From Octopus sinensis (taxonomy: Eukaryota), in assembly GCF_006345805.1 (NCBI RefSeq), contig NC_043011.1:15512464-15576463 (forward strand): a DNA stretch of 64,000 bases. Direction: 5' to 3'. The position numbers and the translations under genes were made by a program. Within the stretch, counting starts at the first letter, position 1. Each line of letters opens with the position of its first letter. Shown here in pieces: positions 1-11,162 of the stretch. A model generated the notes under the pieces. That model was not told the DNA's origin. It saw nothing but the letters and a program-made list of their open reading frames with translations, and did no database searches.

Positions 1-229
1 TTATGATTTATAGCTGCGAAAATACGTTAAACCCGAATTTGTTGATGCAATTGAATGTAGATTGTTTACGCGGAAAGAGAGTACATTTAATTTTACAGAT
101 AGATTAATATTTACATCACTTGTCTTATGTAGTTTTATTCGCAGGTGTATAAAGTTTAGTCCAATTCCAATATTTTAAAACTTTATCTGTATTCACTTGC
201 ACCTATTTATATGACATTAAACTGATTTA

Positions 230-465
230 CACTAATCCTTCGACTATCGCGAGTGTTACGTTCTAAAATACCCGCGATAGGTGAAAATCCGCGAAGTAGA
301 AATAGTGCTATATTGCATGTTTCTTTTTAAACATTTTTATAATTTTATATATTTATTTTATCACAAATGCTAAACAACACCACGGAGGAATCGACGTAGG
401 CTTAAATAATAAACCACGGTAGGTAAAGCGTGACAGGTGAACCGCGATATAGCGAGGGGTTAGTG
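230..465. mobile_element. MITE, Tc1/mariner-pogo (Tigger-like) type
   Basis: Imperfect TIRs CACTAATCCTTCGACTATCGCG ... CGCGATATAGCGAGGGGTTAGTG, TA on both sides, no coding capacity. Confidence 0.7.
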
Positions 466-1475
466 TATATAGCTATATTGTTTTTACCTTATTCAAATGT
501 TTGGTACATTTCATCAAAAGAAAAATTACATTAACTTAATACAATAAGAAATATTTATAAAGTATTGCACCATGCATCAGTTGATGGATTTTAAAGTGGT
601 TTTTTCTAAGCATCAATAAAAGTGATTTCAATTCCCATTTTTTCATCTGATATTTATGCTTTATAAACTTCTGTTGCAGTTCACAAGTGTATATAAATAA
701 GTAGAATTCAAACATTTTACTTATTTGTTTCTCTAACTGAAACGATTCTGCTTGTGTTTGAATTATACTCTCCACTACCTTAAACACGTAGGTTTACAAA
801 TGCATCAACGTACAAAACGCTTCCTCTCCTTATATATATATATATATATACAGGATTAAATTGCTCTAACTTATTTTATATCCTAAAATGCACTCGGAAT
901 ATAAAACGCGGTATGCTATTTCATTCTTCTCTTGGCCAGATTATGCACCTTCTCACACATAAACACTGAAAGTCACCTATAAAAAAAAATTTGGTTTAAG
1001 CTCAATAGTCTGACTAGAATATTTCAAAATTAAATTAAAAAATATAAATATCAACATTTTGTTTTATTTCTCATGCTGATGACACAAATTTAATAGCTGA
1101 AGCACAAAATTTGTACTTAAATGCTGCTGCCAACTAAATATGTGTAAACTGCAGTGGAATATGAATTAATACAGCATATAGCTAAACACTGGTTACGACA
1201 TCGAACATGACCTGTCAGGTTACGCTGCCCAAAGCTGACAGGTTGTTAGTCACTGTATTGAATGGCCAACCTTGGGATATACTGCAATACTATATATATC
1301 CCCATAACCTGGCTCATGACTCGGCTTCAATTGCGCATGCCCTATGTTGTGAGACTGAAAAAGCTCCTAGGGTAGTCACATAGAGCATTAATATTGGTTT
1401 CAAATTTTGGCACAAGTTCCATATCGTTGGCGACTCCTTAAAATCGCTGTCCTTTTACCTGCATTCGAAAGATAA

Positions 1476-1500
1476 ATGATGATGATGATGATGATGATGA

Positions 1501-1531
<31 letters not shown>

Positions 1532-1554
1532 TATTATTATTATTATTATTGTTT

Positions 1555-1588
<34 letters not shown>
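1476..1588. repeat. Compound microsatellite (ATG)n(ATT)n(GTT)n
   Basis: Directly visible. Confidence 0.95.
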
Positions 1589-2273
1589 ACTCTTTCTCTC
1601 ACTCTTTCTTCATGTTTCTTGTCCCCGACTTCTTATGCAACAGCTGAGCCTGGATGCGCATTCATCCATCCATCGATGTTCTCGGTGTCGGGAGTTGACC
1701 TGCTTTCTCTTCTGCGGGTCTTACAAATAGCAAAGGACCATGTTTCGAACTTCTCCCACTACAGACATGGGACGAACACCGCTTCGCTCAACAAAAAAGC
1801 AAACAAACAAAAGCAGCAGAAGCAAGAACAGCAACAAAATCCGACGACGACAAATTGATGGGTTCAACTCCTTGCTTAGGGAATCTTTTTACTGGCATGG
1901 CAGCGAAATCCACGTAATACTTTACCCTCTCCCAAAACCCGCTTTTCAAAGTGAATATGTGGCCACGTTTCCATCCCGGTTAATATCTTGCGGCAACTCT
2001 TCTAAAGATGGTGGTGTATCGCTGTGTATCAACAGAATCCCGACCCCTAGAAGCAGTGACGCCCGCTTATGTGGATAAGCCCTGAAGAGAAATACGGCCT
2101 GATATAGATGATGCGAGCAAAGCATGGCGCCGATCTAGTCTATTGTTAACGATAATCATGGGATGCATAAAGCATTTGCACGTTTTATATGTCTTGCAAA
2201 CAACTTGCGCCAGTCAAAAACTCCGCATACCGGAAGCCAGCAAGTGTATGGGGTCATCAGCAGCGAATGCGCG

Positions 2274-2356
2274 CCGTTTCGGGGCCTACCTCTCGACGGC
2301 ATCAATGCGCACCGGCCCCCCTCACTGATGCCGTCGAGAGGTAGGCCCCGAAACGG
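2274..2356. repeat. GC-rich inverted repeat, about 31-bp arms
   Basis: CCGTTTCGGGGCCTACCTCTCGACGGCATCA ... TGATGCCGTCGAGAGGTAGGCCCCGAAACGG. Confidence 0.9.
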
Positions 2357-3197
2357 CATATTAGTTGATATTAGTTGATTTTATATGCCTCTAACTTTTA
2401 ACCCTTAATACTTTTTTCACCTAAACCGAAACAAAGACCAACCCCCAAATTTAAATTCCCTCTAAAAGATTAAACCTATACGAATGTCAATATAATAAAC
2501 TATAATTAAACCCTAAGATAGCGATACACGATACAAACGAGTAGGATATTTCCCAGCCTAAATGAACCTACACCTTTAAATTAACATTCGAAGATATTTT
2601 TCAGATCAATTATACATTCACACATAAAGTCATACAAAAGCCGCAAGCACTTTATTCACCTACCGTCAATGAACAGCCAGGATCGGGGCGAAACGCAGAG
2701 TAGCCTGCCAAATTCTTTACATAATAAACACACGTTTGCACACAGTCACACACAGGCACACACACACATACACCCATGCACATAAGCGTATATGTGTATA
2801 CGTATGTGAAAGATTGTGTTTGTGGGTGGATGGGTGGTCGTGATTGTGCGTGTGTGTCTGTAAGTGTATAATAATTTCTTTGAATATATAGGATTTGAAA
2901 TCTCCCTCACATTCTCTCTTGCTAGCTGTTGTACTCGTATTGGGTGCAATCAACGAGAAGTTACCAACCCAGAACACAAGAAGCAGACTAAATGAAACAG
3001 AAGAACGGTCTAATTAAGTATATATTCATCCAGCAAGTGAAGTTATCTAATTGAGAATCATAAATCACAGGACATTTTCATGTTGAATGGAAATCATTAA
3101 TACTATTTCATATGATATGGGATTATACCTCTGCTATGATTGATGCACATCCGTAGATTTTCACTTCTTTTCTTCTACTTTCTCTGATATTATATAT

Positions 3198-3263
<66 letters not shown>

Positions 3264-3321
3264 GCTAGCAGACATACCCGGCATTGCTCGGGATTAAAAT
3301 GACATGGCTTTTAGTTTTTTT

Positions 3322-3598
3322 ACTTGTTTCAGTCATGTGACTGCGGCCATGCTAGAGCACTGCCTTTGGTGGAAGAAATCGAACACAGGATTTATTATTT
3401 TTTGGTTAGCCTAGCACTTATTCTATCAGTTTTTTTTGCCGAAGCGCTAAGTTATGGGAACGTAAACACAATAACGTGGGTTGTCGAGCATGGTGGAGGA
3501 ACAATCACAGACACACATACACAAATATATACACATATACGACAATCTTTTAACTTCTCTGTACGAAATCCACTCGCAATGCTTTGCTCGGACACAGG
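3322..3598 (-). mobile_element. SINE family A, partial and degenerate
   Basis: TTACTTGTTTCAGTCA..GACTGCGGCCATGCT shared with the copies at 31757 and 58302. Confidence 0.75.
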
Positions 3599-3618
3599 CT
3601 ATAATAATAATAATAATA

Positions 3619-3669
<51 letters not shown>

Positions 3670-3671
<2 letters not shown>

Positions 3672-4102
3672 CACAGATAGAGAAATTAAGGCCAACAGAC
3701 CAGATATAGTTGTCAGAGATCATGAAGAAAAAAATGCTTTCTAATTGATGCATCAATACCGGCAGATGACAACGTGTCTCTAAAAGAAATGAAGAAACTC
3801 TCAAAATACAAAGACCTGGAAATAGAGGTAACCAGAATGTGGAATCTAAAAACAGAAACAATTCCTATCATAGGCATGATAAAAAAATATTCAGACAAAT
3901 ACATAACAAAAACACCAGGACTTATAAACACATATAACATACAGAAAATTGCACTTCTAGGCACCGCACACATCCTACGCAGAACACACTTTCCATACAA
4001 TAACCATCAGAGCATCACAACAAATCTCAGCACATACCCAAGGCACACAGAGCTGCGCTCGGTAGTGAAGTGAAAGCACGCTATAAAAATAAAACTACTG
4101 AA
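3670..4102 (+). mobile_element. 3' end of an R4/Dong-like non-LTR retrotransposon with REL endonuclease, inserted in (TAA)n
   Basis: Translation HTDREIKANRPDIVVRD..KKCFLIDASIPADDNVSLKE..KLSKYKDLEIEV..W..QKIALLGTAHILRR matches the PD-(D/E)xK REL motif; (TAA)n on both sides. Confidence 0.88.
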
Positions 4103-4146
4103 AAATAATAATAATAATAATGATGATAATAATAATAACTATAATA

Positions 4147-4183
<37 letters not shown>

Positions 4184-4302
4184 TAATAATATTGATAATA
4201 ATAACAACAACAACAATAATAATAATGATAATAATAATAATAATGACAACAATAATAATAATAATAATAACAACAACAACAATAATAATAATGATAATAA
4301 TA

Positions 4303-4356
<54 letters not shown>

Positions 4357-4360
4357 TAAT
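4103..4360. repeat. (TAA)n/(CAA)n/(TGA)n microsatellite
   Basis: Directly visible. Confidence 0.95.
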
Positions 4361-4910
4361 AAATTCCCTGATGCAGTACCAGGCAGTGACTCTCATGGCT
4401 TTTGATCTTAACTGATTGGAAGTGTTATCATGTACATTGTTTTGTCTTGGTATAAAAGATGGGCTACAGCAAATATTCTACTCAATACCACAGATTTGCT
4501 TGTCAGTTGTTCGACCTTAATCAGTTGAGCATGTCCCTGAGAGGCTGACGATATGTGTAACTCTGATCACGAGCAGAAGTAGTGGGGGAGCATCATAGCC
4601 ATGTGTTGAGAGGGATTCTTTGGGGTTTGAATAATTCACCTTTGGAAACATGGGTGGTTCTTTTAACATCCTTAAACAACCCTTATTCAGGGACCTTATG
4701 AGCCGATGGTCTACTCAACCTGAAGAAAATTCTAACTGGGCCCCACCTGCAAGGTCATGTGCTGTTTATCTTGATATGAGATCACCATGTCGCGCACATA
4801 TGGTTGTGATGCATGTGCCTGGTGTACTCTTATCAGACATGATGGGTATATTGGGCTTCGTATATTTTACTCCAGTTTCACTTTGATGGCATGAACTGCT
4901 CTCTCACTCA
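4361..4910 (+). mobile_element. Probable interspersed repeat (LINE 3' UTR-like) bracketed by (TAA)n
   Basis: About 550 bp of complex, GC-richer sequence with sharp (TAA)n borders on both sides; ends CTCTCTCACTCAATAATAAT. Confidence 0.5.
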
Positions 4911-4919
4911 ATAATAATG

Positions 4920-4989
<70 letters not shown>

Positions 4990-5366
4990 TAATAATTGTA
5001 ATAATAATACTGATAAAATATATATATGTGCGTGTGTGTGCGTATATGTGTCTGCGTATATGTGTGTGCGTGTATATATATATATAAATTTATCAAAATA
5101 AAAATATGATGCCAAGGATTTAGCACGTTGTGCGCGGCTGAAGAAGGCCACAGAAACACATTATGCATTGTTATAAATCCGTCTAATAAAGGCCCGAAAC
5201 ATATGTACCGCTGATTCCTTGGCATCGTGTTTTTATTTTGATTAATTTACTCCACCACCTACACCACCAAACGGTATATACAGGTGCTTACAATTATCAA
5301 GTACTCACCCTGAATTTGTATACCCAACTCACCTATATATATATATATGTATGTATGTATGTATAT

Positions 5367-5492
5367 ATGTGTCTGTGTTATACTTATGTATATATATATA
5401 AGTTCAGCAAAAATTTAGATTCAAATGAATATGGTACTTAATTTAGATGCACCAGAATTTTGTTTGGTGTTATCCATAAAAATCCATGGGGT

Positions 5493-5541
<49 letters not shown>

Positions 5542-5668
5542 CACCCCATGGATTTTTATGGATAACACCAAACAAAATTCTGGTGCATCTAAATTAAGTA
5601 CCATATTCATTTGAATCTAAATTTTTGCTGAACTTATATATATATACATAAGTATAACACAGACACAT
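5367..5668. repeat. Near-perfect inverted repeat (about 128-bp arms) centred on (TA)n
   Basis: 5367-5495 is the reverse complement of 5541-5668. Confidence 0.93.
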
Positions 5669-5822
5669 ACATTTATCTAAATATATTAATATGTATATAT
5701 ATTATTTTTATTTAAAAAGTTTTTTATATCTAGTTTCAGCACACGAGCTGTAGCCATGCTTGGGCACCGGCATTTATATATATATATACATACATACATA
5801 CATACATACATACAGACATACA

Positions 5823-5856
<34 letters not shown>

Positions 5857-5860
<4 letters not shown>

Positions 5861-6696
5861 TCAATATAGGGTGCCAAAAAATTTTGTAGAATTTTTTTGC
5901 CACCAGCGGCCTAGTGGGAAAAATTTAAATAGTCATAGACCATTTTTAAGTTCAACATCACAATCAAGGAACGGCCATAATAGGCCATTCACCCACTAGA
6001 AATAACAGCCAAAGCTTCAACCGCAAAATAACATCAATTCCGTAAACCAGGAGAAAATTAAAAAACATTTACCCTGTAATTTCTTATACGATGCACCGTA
6101 AATGTTTTTTAATTTTCTCCTGGTTTACAGAATTGATGTTATTTTGCGGTTGAAGCTTTGGCTGTTATTTCTAGTGGGTGAATGGCCTATTATGGCCGTT
6201 CCTTGATTGTGATGTTGAACTTAAAAATGGTCTATGACTATTTAAATTTTTCCCACTAGGCCGCTGGTGGCAAAAAAATTCTACAAAATTTTTTGCCACC
6301 CTATATTGATTAATTATGAATTTTCTGGTTAATTCCGCAATGGAATCGGCGGCTTATACTTATTTGCTGCCGATAAATTTGGCGCGAGTGCGATGATTTG
6401 AAAATTTTAGGTCAGATATTGCCGAGGCAGGGACAGAAATGCCTCGTGAAAATATCTGTTCCGATCTGGCTATTTCTTACTGACGATTCTAAGGGCCTAT
6501 GGAAGATTGGCTTGATTTAATTTAATCAGGTTAGTTTACCATTAAACAGTAGATGAAACGGTGCATCGTATAAGAAATTACAGGGTAAATGTTTTTTAAT
6601 TTTCTCCTGGTTTACGGAATTGATGTTATTTTGCGGTTGAAGCTTTGGCTGTTATTTCTAGTGGGTGAATGGCCTATTATGGCCGTTCCTTGATTG

Positions 6697-6701
<5 letters not shown>
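5857..6701 (+). mobile_element. Non-autonomous HHR-carrying element (PLE pLTR/retrozyme-like): inverted copy plus partial tandem, period about 487 bp
   Basis: 5857-6072 is inverted relative to 6098-6313; 6098-6213 repeats directly at 6585-6701; HHR lies inside; (TA)n on both flanks. Confidence 0.8.
6472..6578 (+). ncRNA. Type I hammerhead ribozyme with extended stem II
   Basis: Stem I ATTTCTTA (6472-6479) pairs with TAAGAAAT (6571-6578); core CTGACGA (6480-6486) and GAAA (6555); stem II TCTA/TAGA; stem III ACG/CGT around GTGCAT; GTA cleavage triplet at 6568-6570. Confidence 0.8.
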
Positions 6702-6741
<40 letters not shown>

Positions 6742-7128
6742 ATCATCTGAGATCGAGATCGTGTGCTGAAACAAACACAGTTGCAGCGTGGAAGGTGCAT
6801 ATATGTATATATATATATGTTTATATATAGGTAGATAAATAGATAGATAAATCGATAGATAGAAAGAGAAATAGATGTATAGATAGATAAATAGATAGAT
6901 TCACATCAACATTTATACTGAAATTTAAATGTTGAAGAGAATCTGACGGTTTTGCGTGTTTTTCAATGGTTTATAAACACCTTCCACGCTGCAACTCTAT
7001 TTGTTTCCGCACGCGATTTCAGATCAAGTCACATTCTACGCAGCTACATCTCCGTAATATACATATACATACACACACACATATATATATATATATATAA
7101 TACCTGAACATCATCTCCAAAACTTCTA

Positions 7129-7159
<31 letters not shown>

Positions 7160-7401
7160 TAGAAGAAATAAGGTACTCAGAAATCTGGATGGATTTATAT
7201 TTGCACGTATTTATTAATATATCACGTTTTTATAAATCAAAAATTAGCGCTTGCGTCCACTCTAATGGAGTCGTCAGATTGAGCTTTTTCAGGAATTTTG
7301 TCTCTTTTTATACCCATATGCAGAAAGATAAACAGACACACATTCTCAGTGTTATATATATATATATAGATAGATAGATATATAGATAGATAGATAGATA
7401 T

Positions 7402-7445
<44 letters not shown>

Positions 7446-7878
7446 ACACACACACACATGTATATACGAGTATGCATGTGTGCATGTGTGTATAGATAAG
7501 TAAGGCAAATATGGTTGATACTTCTTGCAAAGTGATAGACCATGTTGAGTTCCCTACAATAAGATGGCGCAGCTGTTGATATACTGTCAACCGCTGAAAT
7601 GAAAGCCTCTAGGGCAGAATGATTTCTTTTATACTCTATGCCATCACCTTAAGGTCATTCTCGAAGCTGATATGCTGCATCCTTTCATTTCTTTCTTTGA
7701 CACTTAATTCCTGTTAAAGCCATAGCTGATTGTACACCTTGCGGAACCCTTATCTCTGTCAGACTGAGGCTACCGATCTCTTCGTGATATATAAAGAGAG
7801 AGGGAGGGAGAGGGAGGGAGAGAAAGAGAGAGGTGAGAAAATGAAGACTTTTAGGTTGGTATTTTGTTTTGTTTTTAA

Positions 7879-8109
7879 GGCGACGAGCTGGCAGAAACGT
7901 TAGCACGCCGGGCGAAATGCGTAGCCGTATTTCGTCTGTCGTTATGTTGCGAGTTCAAATTCCGCCGAGGTCGACTTTGCCTTACATCCTTTAGGGGTCG
8001 ATAAATTAAGTACCAATTACGCACAGGGGTCGATGTAATCGACTTAATACCTATTTCTGTCCTTGTTTGTCCCCTCTGTGTTTAGCCCCCTGTGGGTAGT
8101 AAAGAAATA
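7879..8109 (+). mobile_element. SINE family B (tRNA-like head, CORE-like body)
   Basis: GGCGACGAGCTGGCAGAAACGTTAGCACG..GAGTTCAAATTCC (B-box-like)..GGGGTCGATAAATTAAGTACC; several homologous copies in the window. Confidence 0.88.
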
Positions 8110-8875
8110 TGTATTTTGTTTATCAATCTCGAAAATAACAACCCAATGCTGACTGAATTGGGATTTGAATTCAGAGTATAGAGGGCCACAGGATACAGTA
8201 CAATCATTCTACCGGACGCCCTAACTATTCTGTAGCTCACCACATATAACATAAATCTTGTAGGGAAAGGTAACAAGATATATTTTGAGTATATGTGATT
8301 CTTCATTAGAATAAATGTAATCTGCTATACACTTTTTTTAATTTCGAAGATAGCCATGAACTCATACGTCCACACATACTAACACAACAGGTGGAAGGTC
8401 AGTTGGAAACTCATAACATAGGCCAACCCGAGCATAAACAGTCTCCAAGAAAGGAAGCCGCAACATTTGATTTGACCTTATGTAGATTTGGAAATGAACA
8501 CTCGAAATAGAAAATATGGAAGAAATGATTTAGAGCATACGTATTGAACATCATAGATAAAAAGTGTTTCTATGATATGACAAACTAGCTGTTCGTATTG
8601 AACATTAGACACGAGAGGATTTAATGGCTTTCGAGAATTGATTGTCATCTGTATAATGCAATTGACAGTATTGATTGATAGATTTGCTTCGAAAGAATCA
8701 GAACACTTACGTTGTTCTTTTATTGGTTTCTATGAAGATTGGACTGTGACCAGACTGGAGCAGCACCTTTACCGGTTTTACTCGATTATGCAGCGCCTAA
8801 TAATTTAAAACGTATTTTGTGTACAGGTATTGATCAAAATTGAAAAGGTGAAGGAAACATTGACTTTTAAAGTCG

Positions 8876-9036
8876 CAGGCGTGGCGGTGTTTGTTAGGAA
8901 GGTTGCTTCTCAGTCACACGGTTCCGGCTTCAGTCTCACTGAGTGACATAGTGGGCAATTTTCTTCAACTATAGCCCCAGCAGATCTAGGCCTTATGAGT
9001 GGATTTAGTAGACAGAAACTGAAAGAAGCCCGTTGT

Positions 9037-9038
<2 letters not shown>
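8876..9038 (+). mobile_element. SINE family A, 5' half, degenerate
   Basis: GGCGTGGCGGTGT..GGTTCCGGCTTCAGTCTCACTG..AAACTGAAAGAAGCCCG. Confidence 0.65.
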
Positions 9039-9084
<46 letters not shown>

Positions 9085-9293
9085 TGATGGCCGTCCACTC
9101 GTGACCGAGGAAGACCATTGCCTACCTTCAGGAACATTGTGCGCTCTGTGGCTAATGAGCACTGCTCTTGACAAGCATATATATATATATAACGGGAAGC
9201 TTTATGAAAATAGACAAAAGACGAAGGCAGGTGGAAAACAAACAAACAATTGTATTAGTATGGCGCTCAGGAAATATAAATAAAACAAGTCTT

Positions 9294-11162
9294 GGACGAA
9301 AGAGAGGAAGGAATCTAGATGTTCACGGGAGAGTGAGGTGGCACCGATAATGTCGTCAATGTAACGACCATATAGTTCAGGAGTGGGACCAGTGAAATTA
9401 GAGAATATTTGGGCCTCAACATAGCCAACGAACAGGTTCGCATAGTTGGGGCCCATTCGCGTTCCCATGGCCACTCCCGAGACCTGATGGTAGAACTTGC
9501 CCGCGAACGAGAAGCAGTTCAGAGTAAGGACAAGTTCGGCCAGACGAATGAGTGTGGAGGTGTCAGGTACAGGGTTGGAGCGGAGGTCAAGAAAGTGTCG
9601 AAGGGCTTTGGATGTCCATAGTAAAAAGGATTTTGGAGGAGCCGGGAGGAAAGGAGAAAGAGTTGAAAAGCCGGAGAGCATGGTTGGTATCGTGGATGTG
9701 GGAGGGAAGAGATGCCACTAGGGGGGCAAGGACACGGTCGAGGTATTTAGAGATGAGCTCCGTGGGGCAGTTACAGGCGGAGACGATGGGGCGGCCAGGG
9801 TTGTTGGGTTTGTAGATTTTGGGGAGGAAGTAAATGGTGGGGGTACGTGGGGTTCGCACAATTAGGTTGGATGCGGTGTGGGGGAGACGGGAGGACGAGA
9901 TGAGGTCGCGGACAGTAGAGGATACCGTCTGTTGGTAGCTACGTGGGGTTAGATAGAGGCAGAGGGGAGTAGAAGGAGGTGTCATTGAGTTGGCGGAAAG
10001 CCTCGGCCCTATAGAGGTCCGCGCGCCACACTACTACAGCTCCACCCTTGTCAGCCGGTTTGATGATAATGTCAGCGCGCCGTTGGAGGGAACGAAGAGC
10101 CAAGAGCTCAGCCGGGGAGATGTTGAGGCGGCGTTGGCGCCTGGAGAAGTTGAATCGCTCCAATGCACGCTGACAAGCGCCCGCGAAAAGATCCACTGCT
10201 AGGAACTGGCCAGGGGCAGGCGTCCACGGGGATGGTCGGCGGCCCAGGCCAGTGAAGCAGTCCTCCTCGGTGGGTGTGGGTGGCGAGTCGTGGTAATGCG
10301 CACCCAACCGGACGCGGCGCACAAAGCTGTGGACATCAACCCGCGTTTGGAATTCCTTACAGGATGGAGTGAGGGGGATGAAACGCAGACCCCTACCAAG
10401 GACGGAGCGTTCAGCCGCAGAGAGGGGAAGATCGGGGGGAATGGTAACAACAGACGGAAGTGGAGAAGGGGTGGGTGGAATAGAAGAGGGAGGGGTGGTA
10501 GGTCTCGTGGGGGAGGGATGGGGAGGTGTGTGGGGGTGGTTGGGGGGGCAGTAGGGTTAGGTGTAGGTGGATGGAGCCTATCAGGGGGGAGAAGGGGTTG
10601 TAGGAGGGGCAGTGGGTTAGGTGTGGGTGGATGGAGCCTATCGGGGGGGAGGAGGGTAGAGTGGAGAGTTGGGGGTAGTGGCGTCGTCGGTAGGGTGGAA
10701 TGGAAGAGTGACTGGAGTTTACGAAGTTTAGTATCAGAAAGAAATTGATGGAAGAGGTGATTCAAATGGATAATGAAGCGTAGCGTGTTTGGGGCATAGA
10801 GAGGCGGCAGTAAGGAGAAGAATGTGGAGAAAGCAGGAGGAAGAAGGCGGTTGATGGTATGTAGTTTAGAGAGATTGGAGCGAATGGTGGCCCGCATAAG
10901 GCGGTAAGATGTGGTGCGGAGTATAGGTAAGATGGAAGAATCCGAGTGGAGAGCAGGGTGGAAGTGGAGGCGGAAACCTTTAGGGATGAGTCGGTGATGT
11001 AGGCAGCGGCTTAGGAAAGAGACATGGCTAGAGAAGTGGGTTTTTTTAAAAAGAAGTAGAGAGAGATTAACGGACGGCTGAAGGCAGTTTACGGTGAGAG
11101 GACGGAGATGATCCTTCAAACGATGATGGAGGGTGAGGAGGTAGGACCTAGGATCCGGCATG
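9294..11162 (-). pseudogene. Frameshifted, 3'-truncated PLE polyprotein (N-terminal domain plus RT; no GIY-YIG)
   Basis: MPDPRSY..FLSRCLHHRLIPKGF; IIIKPADKGGAVVVW; YFLPKIYKPNNPGRPIVSACNCPTE; TMDIQS; QVSGVAMGTRMGPNYANLFVG; RYIDD, spread over four ORFs in different frames. Confidence 0.9.

Noticed and set aside
536-787. 83-aa minus-strand ORF, faintly hAT-transposase-like
   Set aside because: No diagnostic motif recoverable by eye; similarity too weak to call.
1927-2082. Possible minus-strand exon with a good acceptor
   Set aside because: Stops in all three frames; no recognisable domain.
10290-10748. Gly/Arg-rich 152-aa ORF on the + strand
   Set aside because: Antisense shadow of the C-rich PLE ORF.
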